Assembly: GCA_902796905.1 (NCBI GenBank)
Contig: CADBQU010000032.1
Span: 992-64,991, forward strand
Reading direction: 5' to 3'
Length of the DNA stretch: 64,000 nt
Source: Oscillospiraceae bacterium
Lineage (GTDB): Bacteria; Bacillota; Clostridia; Oscillospirales; Acutalibacteraceae
Under the pieces are notes generated by a model. The model saw nothing but the letters and a program-made list of their open reading frames with translations, searched no databases and was not told the DNA's origin. The translations under genes were made by a program, and so were the position numbers. Below are positions 57,016-64,000 of the stretch, one piece after another. How positions within the stretch are numbered: position 1 is the stretch's first letter; every line of letters begins with the position of its first letter.

Positions 57016-58392
57016 TTGATTAAAGAATATGTGGGTTTTAGTGAAATAACCGGTTCTTTGGTTGCGGTTGAAGGCACAGAAAACGCAAAAGCCGAAGAGC
57101 TTGTAACTCTTAAAACAAATTCCGGTGAAACCAGAACCGGAAGAATAGTGCAAATTTTAGGCAATACTGCCATTATTCAGGTTTTTGAAGGCGCAAAAGG
57201 TCTTTCTTTGGATAATACCAAAACGGTACTTTCGGGAAAAGCCATGGAAATAGCGTTATCAAAAGAAATTTTGGGAAGAATTTTTGACGGTGCCGGAAGA
57301 CCGAAAGACGGACTTCCGCCCATTGTAAGCGAAACCAAAAGAGATATTAACGGTTCAAGTTTAAATCCGGTTTCCAGAGAATATCCTAAAAACTATATTT
57401 GTACCGGAATAAGTGCAATAGACGCGCTATCTACGCTTATAAGAGGACAAAAGCTTCCGGTTTTTTCGGGCAGCGGTATGAAGCACAACGAATTGGCGGT
57501 ACAAATAGTTAATCAGTCAAACGTAGGTACAAACGAAGATTTTGCGGTTGTTTTTTGCGCGATGGGCGTAAAGAACGACGTAGCGGATTATTTTAAAGAA
57601 AGCTTTAAAAAATCCGGAGTTATGGATCACGTAACAATGTTTATAAATCTTTCAAGCGACCCTATTGTAGAAAGAACCATTACGCCGAGAATTGCTTTAA
57701 CGGCGGCGGAATATTTGGCGTTTACCAAAAATATGCATGTTTTGGTTGTTATGACCGATATGACATCTTATTGTGAAGCTTTAAGAGAATTTTCTTCAAG
57801 CAAAGGAGAAATTCCCGGAAGAAAAGGATATCCCGGATATTTATATTCCGACCTTGCAAGCTTGTACGAACGCGCAGGTATTATAAAAGGGGTTAAAGGA
57901 AGCGTTACGCAGATACCCATTTTAACAATGCCTAACGATGACATTACGCATCCTATACCCGACCTTACGGGATATATTACCGAGGGACAAATTGTTTTGG
58001 ACCGTTCTTTAGACGGTTTGGGAATTTACCCTCCCATAGGCGTATTGCCCAGTTTGTCAAGACTTATGAAAGACGGTATAGGCGAGGGCTATACAAGAGC
58101 CGACCATTCGCCGTTGATGCAGCAGCTTTTTGCTTCTTATGCAAAAGTTAAAGAAGTTAAAAGTTTGGCTTCGGTTATAGGTGAAGACGAGTTATCGGCT
58201 ACGGATAAAAAATATTTGGTTTTCGGAAAAGAATTTGAAAACAGATTTATAGCTCAGGGAATTACCGAAAACAGAGATATTATTACAACGCTTAATTTGG
58301 GTTGGGAAATGCTTAAGCTGTTGCCCAGAACGGAATTAAGCCGTTTGGACGAAGAGCTTTTAAAGCAATATTACGACGAGCCGCAAAAATAA
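57016..58392 (+). CDS. ntpB: V-type ATPase subunit B
   Basis: '[43 protein letters not shown]'. TTG start after GGGGGAA. Confidence 0.97.
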   Translation: MIKEYVGFSEITGSLVAVEGTENAKAEELVTLKTNSGETRTGRIVQILGNTAIIQVFEGAKGLSLDNTKTVLSGKAMEIALSKEILGRIFDGAGRPKDGLPPIVSETKRDINGSSLNPVSREYPKNYICTGISAIDALSTLIRGQKLPVFSGSGMKHNELAVQIVNQSNVGTNEDFAVVFCAMGVKNDVADYFKESFKKSGVMDHVTMFINLSSDPIVERTITPRIALTAAEYLAFTKNMHVLVVMTDMTSYCEALREFSSSKGEIPGRKGYPGYLYSDLASLYERAGIIKGVKGSVTQIPILTMPNDDITHPIPDLTGYITEGQIVLDRSLDGLGIYPPIGVLPSLSRLMKDGIGEGYTRADHSPLMQQLFASYAKVKEVKSLASVIGEDELSATDKKYLVFGKEFENRFIAQGITENRDIITTLNLGWEMLKLLPRTELSRLDEELLKQYYDEPQK

Positions 58393-58399
58393 AAAATAA

Positions 58400-58486
58400 G
58401 GGCGGCAAGCCCCCAAAAACAAAAATTTGTTTTTGGGGCAAAAGCTTAAGCTTTTGCCAAAGCCTTTAGGCTTTGGGCTTGCCGCC
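58400..58486 (+). repeat. FWJ element inside the V-ATPase operon (B/D gap), order A-B-C
   Basis: Outer stem gggcggcaagcc/ggcttgccgcc. Hairpins ccaaaaacaaa..tttgtttttgg, ggcaaaagctt-aagcttttgcc and aaagcc-ttt-aggcttt. Confidence 0.95.
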
Positions 58487-58563
58487 GTACCAAAAAATAT
58501 ATCAAAATATTTAAAATAAATTTAAATATTTTTAAACTTAAATGAAGAAAGGACTGGAGCTTT

Positions 58564-59175
58564 GTGGCCGATAAAGTTTTTCCTACTAAAGGTAATTTAA
58601 TAAATTTAAAAAACTCATACGCTTTGGCTAAAACGGGCTACGAGCTTATGGACCGTAAAAGAAACGTTTTAATAAGGGAAGTTATGCAGCTTTTAAATGA
58701 GGCTTCGGAAATAAAGGACAGTATAAACAAAACTTATATAACCGCCTACGAAGCTTTAAAAAAAGCAAATATAAAGGGCGGAATACCTGACGACATTGCT
58801 TTATCGGCACCGGTAGAAAACGGAGTAAATATAACCTACCGCAGCGTTATGGGCGTTAATCTTCCTAAATTGTCTTTAACCGAAACCGATGAAAAAACCA
58901 ATCCCTTTACCTACCACAGAACGAATATTGAATTTGACGAAGCGGTAAAAGCGTTTACCGAAGTTAAAAAGCTTTGTGTAAAGCTAGCCGAAATTGAAAG
59001 CAGTATTTACAGGTTATCGGTTAACATTAAAAAAACACAAAAAAGGGCGAACGCTCTTAAAAATATTGTTATTCCTAAATTTACAGAACAGATAGCCTTT
59101 ATAACCGATGTTTTAAACGAGCGTGAAAGAGAAGAATTTTCAAGGCTTAAGGTTATTAAGAAAAAAACAAAATAA
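58564..59175 (+). CDS. ntpD: V-type ATPase subunit D
   Basis: 203 aa. 'VFPTKGNLINLKNSYALAKTGYELMDRKRNVLIRE' is a typical subunit D N-terminus. GTG start. Confidence 0.9.
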   Translation: MADKVFPTKGNLINLKNSYALAKTGYELMDRKRNVLIREVMQLLNEASEIKDSINKTYITAYEALKKANIKGGIPDDIALSAPVENGVNITYRSVMGVNLPKLSLTETDEKTNPFTYHRTNIEFDEAVKAFTEVKKLCVKLAEIESSIYRLSVNIKKTQKRANALKNIVIPKFTEQIAFITDVLNEREREEFSRLKVIKKKTK

Positions 59176-59189
59176 ATTAAATTTGATTT

Positions 59190-59266
59190 GCGGCGAAAAT
59201 AGCCCTTTGGGCTTTGGCAAAAGCAAAAGCTTTTGCCCCAAAACTTTAGTTTTGGATTTTCGCCGC
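59190..59266 (-). repeat. FWJ element after the last V-ATPase gene, order C-B-A
   Basis: Outer stem gcggcgaaaat/attttcgccgc. Hairpins agccc-ttt-gggct, ggcaaaagc-aaa-gcttttgcc and ccaaaac-ttt-agttttgg. Confidence 0.9.
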
Positions 59267-59392
59267 ATTTTAAAATTTGCAATTTTTAAAATTTTAGGTT
59301 TATTTAATATAATTTTTAAAAGAGGAATTTTTTAAAAAATTTTTTAAAGGGTATTAAAACAATATTTTAAAAGGATATAAGGATATATAATT

Positions 59393-59905
59393 ATGATTGA
59401 TAAAATATATGTAATATCGCAAAAAATGATTGATTATTCAAATAAAAATATGCATGATATAAATCATTTTTTAAAGGTTTTCGGATTTGCCCAAATTATA
59501 GCAAAAAATGAAGGCTTAAACAAAGAACAGCTGAATACGCTTTTAATAAGCGCATTGCTGCACGACATAGCGTGTCCGTTATGCCGAGAAAAATACGGAA
59601 ATACAAACGGAGTTTATCAAGAAAAAGAAGGAGAAATTTTAGCAAGAGAATTTTTAAATTCTCCCGATATTAAAAACCTAAGCTTAAAAAAAGAAACCGT
59701 AGAAAGAGCGGTGTTTATTGTGGGGCATCATCATTCGCCTAAAGCTTCAAACGGTTTGGATTTTGATATTTTGCTTGAGGCCGATTTTTTGGTAAATGCA
59801 AATGAAAGCAATTTTAGTTCCGCAGTAATAAAAAACGCCTATAATAATTTATTTAAAACCAAAACCGGAAAAGAACTTTTAAAATCAATGTACAATATTA
59901 ATTAA
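59393..59905 (+). CDS. HD-domain phosphohydrolase
   Basis: 170 aa with 'NHFLKV', 'ALLHDIA' and 'GHHHS' (H...HD...H pattern). Confidence 0.7.
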   Translation: MIDKIYVISQKMIDYSNKNMHDINHFLKVFGFAQIIAKNEGLNKEQLNTLLISALLHDIACPLCREKYGNTNGVYQEKEGEILAREFLNSPDIKNLSLKKETVERAVFIVGHHHSPKASNGLDFDILLEADFLVNANESNFSSAVIKNAYNNLFKTKTGKELLKSMYNIN

Positions 59906-59936
59906 TTAATTAATAAATAAATTAATTAAACAAAAT

Positions 59937-59970
59937 AATAGGCAGCAAACAAAATTGTTTGCTGCCTATT
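59937..59970. terminator. 15-bp perfect hairpin between the convergent HD and MBL genes
   Basis: aataggcagcaaaca-aaat-tgtttgctgcctatt. The U-runs are weak, with attattttgttt on the minus strand. Confidence 0.45.
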
Positions 59971-60084
59971 TAAACTTAAATTATATTTTTAATTTTTAAT
60001 TTTATTTATTATTTTAACAAAAACATTGCAATCTATTTATTCTATCTACTCATTTTTTATTTATTTATGTAATATTATAATACA

Positions 60085-61017
60085 TCATATTATCTCGTAA
60101 TCTCCGAAAGCGGTTACAAGATTTTCGGTTACACCTATTTCTTCCATCCACTTACGGGTAATAAGCGTAGTCCACGGACCGGAATTTTTTCCATCTCCCG
60201 AATCGTTTTCCCAAAGCCACGAAGGGGTGTCCCATAAAGCTATTTTTGGGTTTATCATTTTATAAAGCTTTTCGTCTACAGCCCCCTGACCGTGATGAGC
60301 CATTTGTACTATATCGCTTTTAAGTAAATCTTTTGAACTTTTTATAAGGTCTTCTTCTGCCGCCAAACCTATATCTGCCAAAAACAATACGGATTTTTTA
60401 GGAAACTCCGCTTTAATTACAATGGAAATATCGTTTATTGTATGATAATTTTTATAATTGTTTAAATTATTTAAAACCGTAAACTTAACGCCGTAATCAA
60501 AGGTTTCGTGTTCTTTAAGTATATGGGTTTTAATATTTCTTTTTTCTATACCGTTAAAAAACATTTTTAAAAGGGTGTAGTTTATACTGTTCTGATTGTT
60601 TTCGGTAGTTCTCAGCCATTCGTCGTCGTTTGGAAAATTATAATAAATGCAGTCAATCGAAAAATCATAATTTTCGTTTAATAAACAGTTTGTAAGCGCT
60701 CCGAAATGGTCGGAATGCGGATGAGTAATAAACCAGGCGTTTACTCTGCCGCCCAAAAATTTAATAAGGTTATATAAATATTTTTCGCTTTTTGGTTGCT
60801 CGTTTCCGCCGTCTATAAAAATAACTTTATTTCCTTTTGTTTTTATGGCATAACCCATAGCCTGCCAGCCTTCTTTAGGGCCGAACATATAAAGCGTGCC
60901 TCCGCCGAGATCGTAATTTTTTTTAATCATATTAAAATTAAAATCAACGTTAGAAGCAGAGTTAGCATTGTTTTTTGTTTTTTCGTTTTTTAATTCTTTT
61001 TTAATTTCAAGCTCCAT
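60085..61017 (-). CDS. MBL-fold metallo-hydrolase
   Basis: 'WFITHPHSDHFGAL' (HxHxDH) and a downstream 'MAHHG'. AAGGAG Shine-Dalgarno. Confidence 0.8.
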   Translation of the reverse strand: MELEIKKELKNEKTKNNANSASNVDFNFNMIKKNYDLGGGTLYMFGPKEGWQAMGYAIKTKGNKVIFIDGGNEQPKSEKYLYNLIKFLGGRVNAWFITHPHSDHFGALTNCLLNENYDFSIDCIYYNFPNDDEWLRTTENNQNSINYTLLKMFFNGIEKRNIKTHILKEHETFDYGVKFTVLNNLNNYKNYHTINDISIVIKAEFPKKSVLFLADIGLAAEEDLIKSSKDLLKSDIVQMAHHGQGAVDEKLYKMINPKIALWDTPSWLWENDSGDGKNSGPWTTLITRKWMEEIGVTENLVTAFGDYEII

Positions 61018-61087
61018 AAAAATTCTCCTTATTTAAAAATTAAATATTTAAATATTTTTAAAGGTTTTGGCTATACGCTTTTTGTAC

Positions 61088-61137
61088 GGCGGCGAGTACA
61101 AAATTTAAAATTTTGTGCCAAAGGTGTTTTCGCCGCC
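61088..61137. repeat. Truncated FWJ element (outer stem plus one hairpin)
   Basis: Outer stem ggcggcga/tcgccgcc encloses only gtacaaaattt-aaa-attttgt, the same module as in the 19301 copy. Confidence 0.6.
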
Positions 61138-61153
61138 CTATATACCACCACTA

Positions 61154-61843
61154 TCAGTGCAAATTAGAAAAAAGCATTGCGGCAAAAACCGTTAAAATTC
61201 CGGCAATTACAAGTGAAAGACTACTTACCGCTCCTTCGGTTTCGCCTAAGTTGTAGGCTTCGGAAGTTCCTAAAATATGGGAACAGCTGCCTATTCCAAC
61301 GCCTTTTGCCACCGAGCTTTGTATTTTAAAAATTTTGCACAAAAACGGACAAAGTACACTGCCGGTAATACCCGTTATGGTTATAACGGCAACGGTTATT
61401 CCGGTGTAACCGCCTAAACTTTTTGATAAATCCATACCTATTGCAACCGTTACGGATTTTGGCAGCATTGTTACATATTCGTTGTGCGTAAATCCGAATA
61501 TTTTAGCCGCAGCCCATATACAAGATAAAGAAGTTATAACACCTGTTAAAATACCTATTGCAATAGCTTTAAAATTCTTTTTTAAAATATGGGTTTTTTC
61601 ATATAAAGGTATTGCAAAACAAACCGTTGCCGGCGTAAGCAAAAAATCTAAATATTTTGAACTGTTATAAAAAGTTTTGTACGGAATTTTAAAAATAAGT
61701 AAAATTACAATTACCAAAATAACAGCAAACAAAAAAGGATTAAACCAATTCTTTTTTATTAATTTTTTTAAATAAAATCCTAAAAAGTATGCCAATAAGC
61801 TTAAAACCGTTCCGAAAAATACGGAACTGTTTAAAAAATCCAT
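61154..61843 (-). CDS. lrgB: LrgB/CidB-family membrane protein
   Basis: 229 aa polytopic protein. 'LPKSVTVAIGMDLS' and 'GIGSCSHILGT' are LrgB-like. Lies downstream of the lrgA-like gene. Confidence 0.85.
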   Translation of the reverse strand: MDFLNSSVFFGTVLSLLAYFLGFYLKKLIKKNWFNPFLFAVILVIVILLIFKIPYKTFYNSSKYLDFLLTPATVCFAIPLYEKTHILKKNFKAIAIGILTGVITSLSCIWAAAKIFGFTHNEYVTMLPKSVTVAIGMDLSKSLGGYTGITVAVITITGITGSVLCPFLCKIFKIQSSVAKGVGIGSCSHILGTSEAYNLGETEGAVSSLSLVIAGILTVFAAMLFSNLH

Positions 61844-61905
61844 TTAAAATTTCCTTCCGTTTAAAAATAAAAACATTTAAAATAAAAACATTGTACGGTT
61901 ATATT

Positions 61906-62313
61906 TTACGGTTTAACCTTTGCTTGGGTTTTTGCTTTTTTTCCGCTTTTATTTTTATTTTCGTTTTTTAATTCTTTTAAAATAATAATGTCGGTAATTT
62001 TTCCGGCGGCAAACATTACAATTACGGTAGAAACAATTGCGGTTAAAATATATCCCAAAGCTTTAACTTTTAAAAGCTCAAAATAATTTAATAAAGATAC
62101 TGCCGAGGGAATAAGTATTATGGGCAAAATATCTATTAAAAATTCTCCGGTGGGCTTAACGTCCTGTAGTTTTATTATTTTAAAATAAAGCAACAAATAA
62201 AGAATTATTATTCCGTAAACTCCTGCAGGGATAGTTAAAGGAATAAAATAATGCAAAGCTTCCCCTATTAAAGAAACCAATAGTATAATGCTTAACTGTT
62301 TTATATATTTCAT
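61906..62313 (-). CDS. lrgA: LrgA/CidA-family holin-like protein with K-rich tail
   Basis: 4 TM helices, with 'LLVSLIGEALHYFIPLTIPAGVYGIIIL'. Confidence 0.8.
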   Translation of the reverse strand: MKYIKQLSIILLVSLIGEALHYFIPLTIPAGVYGIIILYLLLYFKIIKLQDVKPTGEFLIDILPIILIPSAVSLLNYFELLKVKALGYILTAIVSTVIVMFAAGKITDIIILKELKNENKNKSGKKAKTQAKVKP

Positions 62314-62558
62314 ATTTTCTCCGCATCCGATTTTTATACCAATATAAAAGTATTATAACATAAAATTTAAAGCTGTTGCTATATAAATTTAATATAATAA
62401 TTAATTAAAACCAATAAAATAAATTTGAATTTAATATTTTTATAGAAATTATATTAACTGTTTGTAAACAAAAAAATATGTGCATTATTTTTATTGACAA
62501 ACAAAATTCATAATGTTAAAATATGTAGCGTGCTACAGAATTAACATTTATACCGTCC

Positions 62559-62652
62559 GCGGCGGATTAAAAGGCTTTGCCTTTTAAATGCTTGCCAAAG
62601 CTTCTCTTTTGGCAAGCATTGCTTAAAACCTCCGGTTTTAAGTTTCCGCCGC
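62559..62652. repeat. FWJ intergenic element, divergent variant
   Basis: Outer stem gcggcgga/tccgccgc. Hairpins ttaaaaggc-ttt-gccttttaa, atgcttgccaaa..tttggcaagcat and ttaaaacc-tcc-ggttttaa. Confidence 0.85.
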
Positions 62653-62690
62653 AAACCCAAACAAAAACCTTAGTTAAGGGAAGTGAAAAA

Positions 62691-63128
62691 ATGGAACAGG
62701 ACACCTTTAGAGTAGAGTATCTTTTAAAAATTATCACCGATAAAATAAAAATTAAAGCCGATACGGATTTTAAAAAGCATAACTTAACGTTAACGCAATC
62801 TAAGGTTCTGGCTTTTTTGGAAAGCAAAAACGGAACGGCCACTCAAAAAGAAATAGAAACCTTTTTAAAATGCTCACATCCTACGGTTGTGGGAATTGTA
62901 AGCCGTATGGAGCAAAACGGTTTTTTAAAAACCTCTTTGGATTTTTCGGATAAACGTAACAAAAATGTTTCTACAACCGAAAAAGCAAAAATTATACATT
63001 TAGAGATAGAAAAGGTTATAGCGCAAACCAACAAAACCATGCTTTTGGGATTTTCGGAAAAACAAAAAAAGGAACTTAACGATTACCTTTTAACCATTTA
63101 CAATAATTTAAACGGCACTTCGATTTAA
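62691..63128 (+). CDS. MarR-family transcriptional regulator
   Basis: 'LTLTQSKVLAFLESKNGTATQKEIETFLKCSHPTVVGIVSRMEQNGFL...DKRNK'. Start at the ATG at 62691, because the track ORF start lies inside the repeat. Confidence 0.85.
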   Translation: MEQDTFRVEYLLKIITDKIKIKADTDFKKHNLTLTQSKVLAFLESKNGTATQKEIETFLKCSHPTVVGIVSRMEQNGFLKTSLDFSDKRNKNVSTTEKAKIIHLEIEKVIAQTNKTMLLGFSEKQKKELNDYLLTIYNNLNGTSI

Positions 63129-63210
63129 ATTTAATATTTATTTTTTGTTTTAATTTTTATCTTTTAACATTTCTTTTAAATAAATTTAAGTTCTCGGGGG
63201 AGGAAAAATA

Positions 63211-64000
63211 ATGATAAAAACATTATATAAAAGTTTAAGAGAATACAAAAAAACCTCTGTTATAACCATTTTACTTTCGGTTTTGGAGGTGGCTTTTGAA
63301 ATTGTAATTCCTTTAAATATGGCAAATCTTATAGATTTCGGTATTGAAGAAGGAAAAATGGCCAATGTTTGGAAATACGGATTAATTTTACTTGTTTTTG
63401 CCTTAATTCAGCTTGCAACGGGCGTTATCTCCGCCAGGACGGGCGCCAAAGCCTCGGCCGGTTTTGCGGCAAATTTAAGGCGGGATATGTTTAATAATGT
63501 TCAAACCTTTGCTTTTTCAAATATAGATAAATACTCTACCGCTTCTATAGTTACGCGTTTAACCACCGACACAACCAATATTCAAAACGCTTACCAAATG
63601 TTAATACGTATGGCTGTGCGCGGTCCGGTTATGATGATATTTGCAATGATAGTTTCGTTTAAAATAAACGCGGAAATATCTTTAATATTTTTAGCGGTTA
63701 TTCCTATATTGGGTTTTTTACTGTTTTTAATAGTAAAAAAGGTGCATCCCATATTTAAAGACGTTTTTAAAACCTACGATCACTTAAACAATGTGGTACA
63801 GGAAAATATAAGGGGTATAAGGGTTGTAAAATCGTTTAATCAGGAAGATTACGAAATAAGCAAATTTAAAAAAATATCCAACCGTATTTATAAAAGCTTT
63901 TCCAAAGCGGAACAAATTTTGGCTTTAAATATGCCGCTTATGCAGGCCTGCGTATATACCGTTATGATTTTAATTTCGTGGATAGGCGCAAAAGCAATAG
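63211..64000 (+). CDS. ABC multidrug-type exporter (fused TMD-NBD), 5' part only (runs off the window)
   Basis: Open frame from the ATG at 63211 (GGGGGAGG upstream) to the window end. 'FSNIDKYSTASIVTRLTTDTTNIQNAYQ' is typical of the type-I exporter TMD. Not in the supplied ORF track because it has no stop in the window. Confidence 0.85.
   Translation, partial: MIKTLYKSLREYKKTSVITILLSVLEVAFEIVIPLNMANLIDFGIEEGKMANVWKYGLILLVFALIQLATGVISARTGAKASAGFAANLRRDMFNNVQTFAFSNIDKYSTASIVTRLTTDTTNIQNAYQMLIRMAVRGPVMMIFAMIVSFKINAEISLIFLAVIPILGFLLFLIVKKVHPIFKDVFKTYDHLNNVVQENIRGIRVVKSFNQEDYEISKFKKISNRIYKSFSKAEQILALNMPLMQACVYTVMILISWIGAKAI

Noticed and set aside
53285-58486. The repeats as ordinary rho-independent terminators
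   Set aside because: They lack a following U-run and sit inside obviously polycistronic units (V-ATPase, glycolysis). Separate classical terminators exist next to some copies, for example at 13514 and 28783.

Overview
This is a chromosomal segment from a low-GC, Clostridia-like Firmicute. That assignment is inferred from a SpoIID-like gene, a V-type ATPase operon, A/T-rich codon usage and Asn/Lys/Glu-rich inserts in conserved proteins. Most of the window is housekeeping: rplM-rpsI, RNase P RNA, polA, dus, tsaD, gdhA, pgk-tpiA-gpmI, trmK, radC, rqcH, a nine-gene V-ATPase operon, several transporters, glycosidases and cell-wall enzymes.

Three things stand out:
1. At least 25 copies of an ~80-110-nt intergenic element occupy nearly every sizeable intergenic gap, including gaps inside operons. 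Each copy folds as a closed four-way junction: a GC-rich outer stem enclosing three hairpins. Sequence varies between copies but the pairing is kept.
2. A 277-nt highly structured element lies between polA and dus (16493-16769). It carries a canonical tRNA-type T-arm and a perfect 19-bp terminal helix. A degenerate partial copy sits just upstream of rnpB.
3. A compositionally foreign ~3.9-kb island (about 43.13-47.06 kb) is bounded by imperfect inverted repeats. It carries a broken tnpV, an xre-immA pair and a translationally coupled DUF4417 / EndoU-like toxin / putative immunity cassette. A strong opposite-strand promoter-terminator unit inside it predicts a small RNA.

For the repeat features, strand '+' means module order A-B-C on the given strand, '-' means C-B-A, and '.' means the order is ambiguous. 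The modules are A = ccaaaaacaa..ttgtttttgg type, B = gcaaaagc..gcttttgc type, and C = aaagccc..gggcttt type.

All protein calls rest on motifs recognised by eye. No database search was possible.
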